A stretch of DNA of 35,118 nucleotides from a virus (Duplodnaviria; Caudoviricetes). The DNA lies in the IMG/VR virus record IMGVR_UViG_3300046786_000093, positions 1 to 35,118 of that record; one strand, written 5' to 3'. Shown here one piece after another: positions 8,829 through 15,934 of this stretch. How positions within the stretch are numbered: position 1 is the stretch's first letter; every line of letters starts with the position of its first letter. The notes beneath the pieces are model-generated. The model had not been told where the DNA came from. It searched no databases and saw nothing but the letters and a program-made list of their open reading frames with translations. Made by a program: the position numbers and the translations under genes.

Positions 8829-9008
8829 TTAATCGTATTTGAGTTTCCGCATGGACTTCTTAAACCTTCCACGCTCATCTCGATCTGTAAAGGTCGCAAT
8901 ATCATCTTGCAACTCCTCGATGCGTGCGCCTAGGTAAATTGCGCATACAACATAACCCAATACGAAACCTGCGAATAAACCACCTGCGATATAAGCTAGT
9001 TCAATCAT
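8829..9008 (-). CDS. Small single-pass membrane protein
   Basis: Translated by hand (59 aa): MIELAYIAGGLFAGFVLGYVVCAIYLGARIEELQDD...; RBS AAGGAG. Confidence 0.65.
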   Translation of the reverse strand: MIELAYIAGGLFAGFVLGYVVCAIYLGARIEELQDDIATFTDRDERGRFKKSMRKLKYD

Positions 9009-9023
9009 TTGCCTTCTCCTTTG

Positions 9024-9209
9024 TCATTTCAAATGCTCCTCGTTCGAGGTGCTAAACCAATTCCCTTGGCTGTCTTGCAGGATAGAACGTCCGCACCTTG
9101 AACAACTGCCGTTTATGCTTGCCCCGTCAAAGCCAATCAATCGCGGGGCCTTATGCCAGTCCAGAACACGGCACCGCCACAGCGCAAATCTGCGTAGTAA
9201 GTCGCTCAT
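9024..9209 (-). CDS. Small putative zinc-binding protein
   Basis: MSDLLRRF...C..LDWHK...CSRCG; ATGA overlap with the upstream ORF. Confidence 0.6.
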   Translation of the reverse strand: MSDLLRRFALWRCRVLDWHKAPRLIGFDGASINGSCSRCGRSILQDSQGNWFSTSNEEHLK

Positions 9210-9439
9210 TGCTGCTCCCCCAAGGCTACGCGGGCGATGGATTGCAAATTGGTGATGGCTTCGTCTGACAATTGATCCCGATACGCGCCCAGCCACATTA
9301 AGATGCTCTGGCCTGTCCGCTCGTTCTCTGCGCTTAGGGCTTCGATACGGTCTGCAACAACTGGAGCAAGCTCGACATCGCATAAATCACCAGCCCGCAG
9401 CCGTTCCACCAGCGCCTTGTCGTCGTCAGTCATACTCAT
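9206..9439 (-). CDS. Hypothetical protein
   Basis: 77-aa ORF in a tightly coupled operon; LVERLRA...ADRIEAL pattern is common in phage accessory genes. Confidence 0.65.
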   Translation of the reverse strand: MSMTDDDKALVERLRAGDLCDVELAPVVADRIEALSAENERTGQSILMWLGAYRDQLSDEAITNLQSIARVALGEQQ

Positions 9440-9596
9440 CGCTGTATAACTCCTTGTTTGTCAGCACCCACTTCATGTCTAGCCGACGAGCCTCACGGAC
9501 TAATCCGATGTATCTCCTTCTGGCTCTGTCTAGTTGTTCTGGGAGCATCCTCTTTCGATAGTCTACGAACTTGTCGTTCTTGGTCTTGGCATCCAT
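9426..9596 (-). CDS. Hypothetical protein
   Basis: Start MDAKTK at 9596 via a TAATG overlap. Confidence 0.6.
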   Translation of the reverse strand: MDAKTKNDKFVDYRKRMLPEQLDRARRRYIGLVREARRLDMKWVLTNKELYSDEYD

Positions 9597-9703
9597 TAGA
9601 GCCGTCCACCAAACTCCCAGCCAACTCGTGCGCAAAACGCTACAGCCGCTGACAAAACACCAATGGCGAGAACAGCCATCGCAATATCAAATACCTGCTG
9701 CAT
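9596..9703 (-). CDS. Small membrane peptide
   Basis: Translated by hand (35 aa): MQQVFDIAMAVLAIGVLSAAVAFCARVGWEFGGRL; RBS AAGGGA. Confidence 0.6.
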   Translation of the reverse strand: MQQVFDIAMAVLAIGVLSAAVAFCARVGWEFGGRL

Positions 9704-9720
9704 GATTTTTCCCTTCACGG

Positions 9721-9903
9721 TCACAGGCCACGAATGCTCAGTGGGCAGATTGAGTAGCCAGCCGCGATGACAGCGCCGTTGCTGTAGCGACAGAAGTGCA
9801 TCCCGTTAGATACCCACTGCTCTACCAGGTAGTATGTAAAGCCCTGCGCAATTGCTGGCGTGGCCGAAAGTGCGAGCGCTGCTGCGATAATAACCTTCTT
9901 CAT
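9721..9903 (-). CDS. Small exported protein with a signal peptide and two Cys
   Basis: MKKVIIAAALALSATPAIA/QG is a Sec-type signal peptide; RBS AGGGAG. Confidence 0.7.
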   Translation of the reverse strand: MKKVIIAAALALSATPAIAQGFTYYLVEQWVSNGMHFCRYSNGAVIAAGYSICPLSIRGL

Positions 9904-9917
9904 GTTCATTCTCCCTT

Positions 9918-10139
9918 TTAGATGCGTGAGATCTTTATGTCGTAAGCCCAAGCCACGGTCTCTTCCTGCTCATCGCTTGTCATCGGTCCATAGAGTTTTT
10001 TGGTGTCTAATATGGCTTGGACCTCAGCCTTCGTGCTTTGCTCCATCAACTTGCGGTAGTATGTGTCGCTCTCTGACTTGTCCGGCAGCTTTGCGATGCT
10101 GATCGGCTTGGTCATGCGGATCATGATGGCGTTCTTCAT
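9918..10139 (-). CDS. Hypothetical protein
   Basis: 73-aa ORF with an ATGA overlap with the upstream gene. Confidence 0.6.
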   Translation of the reverse strand: MKNAIMIRMTKPISIAKLPDKSESDTYYRKLMEQSTKAEVQAILDTKKLYGPMTSDEQEETVAWAYDIKISRI

Positions 10140-10468
10140 ACAGACTGCTCCAGTCCGTTCTCAGCGCAGAACTGGTTCCATTCGTTTAGGCTTTTGCGCC
10201 CAAAGTTTGGAAGACGCATCAAAACATTTGCAGGCGTTCCTACAACATCTTTAACTTTAACGTGGAACGAAAACCCGTTTATCATTGCTCTGCGTGTTCT
10301 CACGGAAAATGGAAACTCTTCAATCTCCATTTCTTCGACATTGTTTTTTACAATTTCCAGCGGCATACAACTTGAAACGAGAACCCTGTCTCCATTACGC
10401 TTTGCGGTGCGCTCAATGACGATGGGCTTTAGTCCCTTGATAGCGAGATAGTCGCGGTAGCTTTTCAC
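10136..10468 (-). CDS. RNA polymerase alpha-CTD-like domain protein
   Basis: IEEFPFSVRTRRAM...DVV...LMRLPNFGRKSLNEW...GL aligns by eye with the RpoA CTD; GTG start with AAGGAG. Confidence 0.8.
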   Translation of the reverse strand: MKSYRDYLAIKGLKPIVIERTAKRNGDRVLVSSCMPLEIVKNNVEEMEIEEFPFSVRTRRAMINGFSFHVKVKDVVGTPANVLMRLPNFGRKSLNEWNQFCAENGLEQSV

Positions 10469-10557
10469 AGCGCCAACTCCTTCGTCAGAGCGATAACTAC
10501 GCAAGCGCCGATAAATGCGCTGCAGGCGAAACAAACGATAGCTTCCTTGAATGTCAT
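10465..10557 (-). CDS. 30-aa hydrophobic peptide
   Basis: Translated by hand: MTFKEAIVCFACSAFIGACVVIALTKELAL; RBS AGGGAG; GTGA overlap with the next gene. Confidence 0.55.
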   Translation of the reverse strand: MTFKEAIVCFACSAFIGACVVIALTKELAL

Positions 10558-10569
10558 GTCTACTCTCCC

Positions 10570-10725
10570 TTACCAGCTTTGCTGCTTCATTGCGTTAACC
10601 AAGTCTTCTAAGACATCTGCCGCGAACTCCCACTCCTTCTTTCCGTCGAAGGCGTAACGAATGTCGGCAATGTCATCTTCTAAGAACTTGATGATAGCGT
10701 TCAGTGAAACTTGCTTGTCTTCCAT
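10570..10725 (-). CDS. Small acidic hypothetical protein
   Basis: MEDKQVSL... preceded by the RBS GAGGAG. Confidence 0.65.
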   Translation of the reverse strand: MEDKQVSLNAIIKFLEDDIADIRYAFDGKKEWEFAADVLEDLVNAMKQQSW

Positions 10726-10755
10726 GTCTAACTCCTCTTCGTGTCTATGAAGGCC

Positions 10756-10783
10756 ACTGTAACGCCTAAAACGCATTGGTCAA
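10756..10783 (-). promoter_or_regulatory. Sigma70-like promoter
   Basis: TTGACC-16 nt-TACAGT in an intergenic gap. Confidence 0.55.
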
Positions 10784-10786
10784 TAC

Positions 10787-10966
10787 CTATTTCTTATTTT
10801 TTTCGTCTTCTAGGCTCCGCTGCCATCTAACTATTTCCCATTCGTGTTCAAACTCCATGGGTTTCCAGCGCCATCTCTGTGGGTCTACTGCCCTGCGTAT
10901 CTCTCCGTTGCGAAAGATTATATCCACAAGCTCGAATGGTGGGCAGCGGCCATTGTTCTTCGGCAT
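10787..10966 (-). CDS. Hypothetical protein
   Basis: Translated by hand (59 aa): MPKNNGRCPPFELVDIIFRNG...WRWKP...; TAATG coupling. Confidence 0.6.
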   Translation of the reverse strand: MPKNNGRCPPFELVDIIFRNGEIRRAVDPQRWRWKPMEFEHEWEIVRWQRSLEDEKNKK

Positions 10967-11145
10967 TACTTGCCATACTCAATGTCAAGGAACTTAATCC
11001 CCCTGGCATCACGCAGGACGCGAGCCTTTGCGAACGTGAAGCGTTGGTTGAACCATTCGACGTATTCGTCAATCTGGGTCGGAGCTCCAGTCTCCAGTCC
11101 AATAGGGCCAGCGGCCTTCATGTGTGATTGAACGCGATTATTCAT
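10966..11145 (-). CDS. Hypothetical protein immediately downstream of the initiator
   Basis: Translated by hand (59 aa): MNNRVQSHMKAAGPIGLE...; overlaps the initiator stop. Confidence 0.55.
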   Translation of the reverse strand: MNNRVQSHMKAAGPIGLETGAPTQIDEYVEWFNQRFTFAKARVLRDARGIKFLDIEYGK

Positions 11146-11806
11146 AATTGTATGTCCCTTCGATAATTCTCATGAAACTGGTTGGCTGTATCAGAAAGTC
11201 AAAATCTGCCTGCCAGCCGCGCTCATTATCTCCCCGCAGGAAGTCAGAGCGTTCGATGTTCCTAAATGCCGTAGACCATGTTTCCACATCCGGGCATTCC
11301 CTGATGCGCTTACGGAGCATATTGCGCCGCTTGTCGTTCATGACTTTAATCTTCGGCAAGCCAGTCCGTGTAGCCAAATCATTCCAACACTCAATTACCT
11401 CAGCCTCCGTCACGGGAGGGTCATCGTCAGATGACTTATTAGAGGTGGTGTTTAATTGGTGTGTATATGATGTATTGGGTGAACCTGCTGCACCTCTGGT
11501 GTGCATCTCCTGCACCTCTGGGGTGCTTTTGCTGCACCCGTGCATTTCCTGCACCCCTACTTTCAACCAATATCTGCAACCGCGTCCATTAGATTGTTCT
11601 TGGATTAAGAGGCCCATTTCGCATAGCGTTTTAATGGCTGATTGAACTGCTCTACGGCTCAAGGATGACTTATTGCACAGGCGCTCAATCGACGGCCAGC
11701 AAAGTCCTTCGTCATTAGCCCAGTCAGCCAATGCCAGAAGAACAAGTTTTTGCGTTGGCGATATCCCCTGGTGTTCCCAGACGTTCGTCATTATCCGAAT
11801 GCTCAT
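11138..11806 (-). CDS. Replication initiator (N-terminal winged HTH, lambda O-like organisation)
   Basis: KLVLLALADWANDEGLCWPSIERLC...SRRAVQSAIK HTH, repeat-containing linker, C-terminal GWQADFDFLI domain. Confidence 0.88.
   Translation of the reverse strand: MSIRIMTNVWEHQGISPTQKLVLLALADWANDEGLCWPSIERLCNKSSLSRRAVQSAIKTLCEMGLLIQEQSNGRGCRYWLKVGVQEMHGCSKSTPEVQEMHTRGAAGSPNTSYTHQLNTTSNKSSDDDPPVTEAEVIECWNDLATRTGLPKIKVMNDKRRNMLRKRIRECPDVETWSTAFRNIERSDFLRGDNERGWQADFDFLIQPTSFMRIIEGTYNYE
11479..11554. repeat. Four 15-bp iterons (GTGCA-N5-TGCAC consensus); probable replication origin
   Basis: Copies start at 11479, 11501, 11523 and 11540 inside the initiator gene, next to an AT-richer stretch at about 11434-11476. 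Confidence 0.8.
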
Positions 11807-11817
11807 GGCTTAATGCC

Positions 11818-11925
11818 TTGCACCGGACACATTACGTTTGTAAAAGAAGTCATTAGACGTTGCCTCCTCGATAGGCGATGTTAGGGCGGGGAGTGGGAGC
11901 GTCAACTCCATCCTCGCCCGTCCTT
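11818..11925 (+). ncRNA. Putative antisense small RNA with its promoter and two hairpins
   Basis: TTGCAC-17-TAAAAG followed by two stems (about 11857-11882 and 11884-11919) whose mismatches are G-U pairs only on the + strand. Confidence 0.45.
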
Positions 11926-11936
11926 CATACCACAGG

Positions 11937-12314
11937 TTATGGCATCTTAAAAGAGCCATATTTCACCAGCGAACTTCTCCGTAAACCAATGTGATGGCTC
12001 ACTGTCGTGCGGTCTACGCCCATGAAGTGAGCGATACGCTGTGGGTTCCAGTTTAACTTATCGTGCATTAGGGACATAAGATGCCGACGAGCCGTAATGA
12101 TAGGTTTCACCCGTGAGCTACTGAATAGCTGCTCTCTGGTAACATCATATTCTGCCATCACTTGTTCAATCAGCTTATTGCCCTTCTCGCTGATTAACTT
12201 TGGCGCTGGTGGTGATGGCGGCGCTACTGGCCCTGGCTCTTTGATAATCGGCCATTCAAACTTTGGCTTGTATTCTTCAGCCTCAGTTTTGCGGCAGTGT
12301 CTAATCCTAATCAT
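11937..12314 (-). CDS. DnaA C-terminal (domain IV)-like HTH protein
   Basis: VTREQLFSSSRVKPIITARRHLMSLM...IAHFMGVDRTTVSHHI matches the Bac_DnaA_C pattern. Confidence 0.78.
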   Translation of the reverse strand: MIRIRHCRKTEAEEYKPKFEWPIIKEPGPVAPPSPPAPKLISEKGNKLIEQVMAEYDVTREQLFSSSRVKPIITARRHLMSLMHDKLNWNPQRIAHFMGVDRTTVSHHIGLRRSSLVKYGSFKMP

Positions 12315-12338
12315 TGTCTAAAGTTCCCTTTTTCTATA

Positions 12339-12752
12339 TTATTCGCTCACGCTGCGGTGGTGGCGTGGCCGGGTTGAGCTTGGTTCTCCCTTCCCTTTGC
12401 TCCCCGGCCTTATTTCTCGCAGATCGTAGGTCGGAAACAGCGCGCGGAATACTGCCTTTCGGATAGGCCAATCACGGCTGTCAGCGACTTTGCTGGATGG
12501 CTTCACATCTTCCACAATTTCCCGACCATCCATGACGTAGCCAAAATCCAACTTCACCCCTACGCGCCGGCCATTATCGTGTTTTAGCTGCCGGCCATTG
12601 ATAACGAACCAGAACTGAGGCCAGACGATTAGGTCATCAATGTAACCAACCGCCTGCATCTCGTGTAGCTCATCACAACGCTTCGCTTCCGCCAGGCTGT
12701 CGTGCTTGTGGCCTTCCTTGCAGTAAGCCTTCTTAGCTTTCCACTTTTTCAC
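12339..12752 (-). CDS. DUF1064-like PD-(D/E)xK nuclease
   Basis: HDSLAEAKRCDEL...QFWF...LDFGY...IVEDVK; probable GTG start at 12752. Confidence 0.8.
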   Translation of the reverse strand: MKKWKAKKAYCKEGHKHDSLAEAKRCDELHEMQAVGYIDDLIVWPQFWFVINGRQLKHDNGRRVGVKLDFGYVMDGREIVEDVKPSSKVADSRDWPIRKAVFRALFPTYDLREIRPGSKGKGEPSSTRPRHHRSVSE

Positions 12753-12942
12753 TGAGCAGTCCCCGTTCACGAATTAACTCTTCCAGAGCCTGTTCTGCTT
12801 TTTCCAGCGTTGAAAGTCTAGGGTAACGTGTCTTCCATTTGGTGAATGTCGTCTCTGCGATGCCAGCCCTACTAGCGATGTCACGGCGTGTGATGCCCCA
12901 GTAGGCAGCCATTCCCAACAATTCCCTTACTCGTGTGTGCAT
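12733..12942 (-). CDS. Cro-like XRE-family HTH regulator
   Basis: ITRRDIASRAGIAETTFTKWK...PRLSTLEK; first gene of the leftward operon; RBS AAGGAG. Confidence 0.8.
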   Translation of the reverse strand: MHTRVRELLGMAAYWGITRRDIASRAGIAETTFTKWKTRYPRLSTLEKAEQALEELIRERGLLSEKVES

Positions 12943-12965
12943 TTGTAACTCCTTCTAACTAGCCC

Positions 12966-12994
12966 CACCTATGTCTTGATAAATAATACGTCAA
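12966..12994 (-). promoter_or_regulatory. Leftward promoter
   Basis: TTGACG-17-TAGGTG with an upstream A-tract, in the divergent intergenic region. Confidence 0.5.
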
Positions 12995-13009
12995 CGCATT
13001 TTTTTAGTA

Positions 13010-13037
13010 TTGCATCATGTTTTGAAACGTGTATTGT
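13010..13037 (+). promoter_or_regulatory. Rightward promoter
   Basis: TTGCAT-16-TATTGT. Confidence 0.55.
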
Positions 13038-13068
13038 GTCTGCGTTAGACACGAAGGGAGTTTAGAAA

Positions 13069-13248
13069 ATGTCAAACCACGAAACCATTTTAGCGATACT
13101 TAACGCTGAGAGCGATGCGCCTTATGGCAACGAAGCATCGTTCAAACTCGGCTACCTTATCCTCATGCTTGTAGATATTGCGGACCATCATCCTGATGTG
13201 GCCGAGGAGCTACAGGACCGCCTCAAGCGCATCAAAGGGAAAAAGTAA
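13069..13248 (+). CDS. Hypothetical first early protein
   Basis: Translated by hand (59 aa): MSNHETILAILNAESDAPYG...; RBS AGGGAG. Confidence 0.65.
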   Translation: MSNHETILAILNAESDAPYGNEASFKLGYLILMLVDIADHHPDVAEELQDRLKRIKGKK

Positions 13249-13249
13249 G

Positions 13250-13801
13250 ATGACTGTCTACGCAAAACTCAACGCTGCTCGTGCAGCCTTCCACGCCAAG
13301 CCCCTCAAGAAGTCTGGTAAGAACAGCTTTGCTGGCTACTCATACTTCGAACTTGGTGACTTCCTGATCCCTGCGCTCCAGGTGTTCGAGACGTATGGCC
13401 TTTGCCCCATCGTATCATTCACGCAGGAGATGGCGCAACTGGAACTGGTCGATGTCGATACTGGTGAGCGCATCACGTTCACTAGCCCAATGGCAGAAGC
13501 GAACCTCAAGGGAACGCACCCAATCCAGAACCTTGGTGCAGTTGAGACATACCAGCGCCGCTACCTCTACATGGCTGCACTTGAGATTGTAGAGCATGAC
13601 GCAATTGATGCCTCTAAGCCATTGGAAGATAACGGAAAAATCTCACGCGACCAGCTTGAGAAGGTGCAGGATTTAATTGCCGAAACGCAGTCAGATGTTG
13701 TCGCCATCTGCAAGAAGCTGAAGGTCAACGGCCTTAACGAGATGAACCAAGAGCAATACAACTACGTCATTGGCGTATTACAGAAGAAGAAGGCTGGTTG
13801 A
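13250..13801 (+). CDS. erf: ERF-family single-strand annealing protein
   Basis: KKSGKNSFAGYSYFEL and LGAVETYQRRY motifs; start ATG 13250. Confidence 0.85.
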   Translation: MTVYAKLNAARAAFHAKPLKKSGKNSFAGYSYFELGDFLIPALQVFETYGLCPIVSFTQEMAQLELVDVDTGERITFTSPMAEANLKGTHPIQNLGAVETYQRRYLYMAALEIVEHDAIDASKPLEDNGKISRDQLEKVQDLIAETQSDVVAICKKLKVNGLNEMNQEQYNYVIGVLQKKKAG

Positions 13802-13825
13802 CATATCTAGTGGGGTTCATATACA
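13798..13825 (+). promoter_or_regulatory. Putative promoter for the HNH gene
   Basis: Perfect TTGACA overlapping the erf stop, then 16 nt, then TATACA. Confidence 0.45.
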
Positions 13826-13849
13826 TACGTAGATATAAGGAGATATGTT

Positions 13850-14320
13850 ATGGCCCCGCCAAGAACCGATCCAGTAACTCGCATCCTGTCCAGAATTGAA
13901 CATCGTGGGACCTGTTGGATTTATACGGGTAGCAAGTCTGGAGATGGATACGGAGTAATAGGGATTGGAAGGAAAAGTTTTCGCGTTCATCGTGTAATGT
14001 TTGAAAGGTTTGTTAGAACATTAAGAGATGGCGAGCTTGTATGCCACAAATGCGATACGCCGCTTTGTTGCAATCCAGATCATCTTTTTGCTGGTTCTGC
14101 GAAAGACAATTTTTTGGATATGAAACAGAAGGGTCGCGCAAAAACTGTTTCCGGCGATCAACATCCAAATACAAAAGTCACACAAGACCAAAAACGAGAA
14201 ATTGTTTTGAGACGAAAAAATGGTGAAAAACTTGCATCAATAGCCAAGGATTACGGACTTTCATTTCAACGCGTAAGCTCAATTTGCGTAGGGGAGATTA
14301 GCCATGGAACAAGGAACTAA
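13850..14320 (+). CDS. Free-standing HNH homing endonuclease with C-terminal HTH
   Basis: CWIYTG...GYG...VHRV...VCHKCDTPLCCNPDHLFAGSAKDN; RBS TAAGGAG. Confidence 0.9.
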   Translation: MAPPRTDPVTRILSRIEHRGTCWIYTGSKSGDGYGVIGIGRKSFRVHRVMFERFVRTLRDGELVCHKCDTPLCCNPDHLFAGSAKDNFLDMKQKGRAKTVSGDQHPNTKVTQDQKREIVLRRKNGEKLASIAKDYGLSFQRVSSICVGEISHGTRN

Positions 14321-14918
14321 TGAGTGGAGATTGGCCCGCTGCGGAAGCCTCGGAGCATCTCAATTAAATGAAGCTCTTGCCACTACAAAGTCTGGCTGGG
14401 GCGCGTCGAGAGACAATTTAAAAAACAGAATTATAGCTGAACGGTTAACTGGCATTCCAATAGATACATTTGAGAATGCAGCTATGATCTGGGGAAAAAC
14501 CATCGAACCAGAGGCTAGAAAGGCTTATGAGGCCCATACAGGCGTATTCGTGGATGAGATGGGTATTGCCTACCACCCAGTGTTACAGTTCACTCACGCA
14601 AGCCCTGACGGCCTTGTAGGGAATGATGGGCTTATCGAGATAAAGTGTCCCAATACCACCACCCACATTGAGACGCTGAAGGCAAAGAAGGCTCCCAGCA
14701 AATATATCAACCAGATGATGTGGCAAATGCGCTGCACGGACCGCCAGTGGTGCGACTTCGTGTCGTTTGATCCGCGCCTGCCGAGCCATCTTCAGTTGTT
14801 TGTAACTCGCGTCGAGCGGGATGAGGCAATCATTGCCGATCTGGAGGCCAAGGTTGCTGAGTTTCTGACTGAAGTTGAGAAGGAAATTGAACGTCTTAAC
14901 GAGGAGTTTGCGGCATGA
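14304..14918 (+). CDS. YqaJ / lambda-type exonuclease
   Basis: QGTNEWRLARCG, WGKTIEPEAR, ASPDGL, IEIKCP and WCDFVSFDPR motifs. Confidence 0.92.
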   Translation: MEQGTNEWRLARCGSLGASQLNEALATTKSGWGASRDNLKNRIIAERLTGIPIDTFENAAMIWGKTIEPEARKAYEAHTGVFVDEMGIAYHPVLQFTHASPDGLVGNDGLIEIKCPNTTTHIETLKAKKAPSKYINQMMWQMRCTDRQWCDFVSFDPRLPSHLQLFVTRVERDEAIIADLEAKVAEFLTEVEKEIERLNEEFAA

Positions 14919-15133
14919 CACAGAACGAACTGGTTCTTAGCTGGCTGAAGAAGTCACATATCGGCCCACTGGAAGCGATGAAGGAGCTTGGTATTATGCG
15001 CCTGGCTGCACGCATCAAAGACCTACGCGATGATGGACACAAGATTGATATGTCTTGGAACTACGTCACAGACCGTCACGGAGAAGAACGTAGGGTTGCG
15101 CGCTATACTTTGAAGGAGTTGGCAGATGCCTAA
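14915..15133 (+). CDS. Small winged-HTH protein
   Basis: IGPLEAMKELGIMRLAARIKDLRDDGHKI...VARYTL. Confidence 0.75.
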   Translation: MTQNELVLSWLKKSHIGPLEAMKELGIMRLAARIKDLRDDGHKIDMSWNYVTDRHGEERRVARYTLKELADA

Positions 15134-15350
15134 ACTCACTTTTAGCTGGCCTATGCACGGAGATGGTGCATCTCCATCGGCAAGGGATATGGAGCGCCTT
15201 TTGGAACAAAATATCGTATTCCAGTTGGACTTCCTGCAAGACGTTATGGGTGAGGCCACTCGACTATACGAAGAGGCGCTTGAACGCTCTCGTAATCACT
15301 GGGAAGAAGTTAGGAAGCGCCGTGAAAGCGCCGACAAAGCGGGATCGTGA
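15126..15350 (+). CDS. Hypothetical protein
   Basis: 74-aa coupled ORF with RBS AAGGAG. Confidence 0.6.
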   Translation: MPKLTFSWPMHGDGASPSARDMERLLEQNIVFQLDFLQDVMGEATRLYEEALERSRNHWEEVRKRRESADKAGS

Positions 15351-15627
15351 ACATATGGCACGGGTAGGGCAAATGCCTTGCCTAGTGTGTGGTAGCCAAG
15401 CGACAGTGCATCATGTCACGGGATACGCAGATCGTATGGGTCGAGTATCTAGGCGACACGATAGAGTTGTTCCTCTATGCCCACGACACCACCAGATACA
15501 GTGGGGGCCTAGAGAAAGTGTAGAGGCATTGGGCCATCAGGGCTTCTACAGGGAACATGGAATAGACTTGATGGCAGAAGCAGAAAAGTTAGCAACGAAG
15601 TTAGGAATTAGACATGATACCGAATGA
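15322..15627 (+). CDS. Ref/DUF968-like HNH-type nuclease
   Basis: MPCLVCG...VHHV...VVPLCPRHH; probable GTG start at 15322. Confidence 0.75.
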   Translation: MKAPTKRDREHMARVGQMPCLVCGSQATVHHVTGYADRMGRVSRRHDRVVPLCPRHHQIQWGPRESVEALGHQGFYREHGIDLMAEAEKLATKLGIRHDTE

Positions 15628-15934
15628 CGTTCCCATCTCTGAACGCTTTCGTTTAGCCGCGCTTGAATGGGCAGAGCTAGATAACGCCGCCAGAATGCTA
15701 GAGGAAGGCAAGACAACCTACCTCGCACAGCAGAAGACAAAACTAGGTGATATGCCGGATAGCCACGCAGAGCGGACGGTGAAGTCATCAAAAGAATGGT
15801 CGGATTACATCAAGTCGATGGTCCGCTCCAAAACAGCAGCAAACAAGGCTCGTATCGAGATGGATTATCTCAAGATGCGTATGCAAGAATGGATTGCCGC
15901 TGAAGCAAATAGCCGAGTAGAAAGGAAACTATAA
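15614..15934 (+). CDS. Helical hypothetical protein of the recombination module
   Basis: 106-aa coupled ORF with coiled-coil character. Confidence 0.65.
   Translation: MIPNDVPISERFRLAALEWAELDNAARMLEEGKTTYLAQQKTKLGDMPDSHAERTVKSSKEWSDYIKSMVRSKTAANKARIEMDYLKMRMQEWIAAEANSRVERKL

Noticed and set aside
10848-11102. 84-aa - strand ORF from the track
   Set aside because: Two coupled 59-aa ORFs (10966-11145 and 10787-10966) tile the region with start/stop overlaps and are preferred.
11479-11554. Mini CRISPR array
   Set aside because: Repeats are 15 bp with 2-7 bp gaps inside a CDS, which fits iterons.
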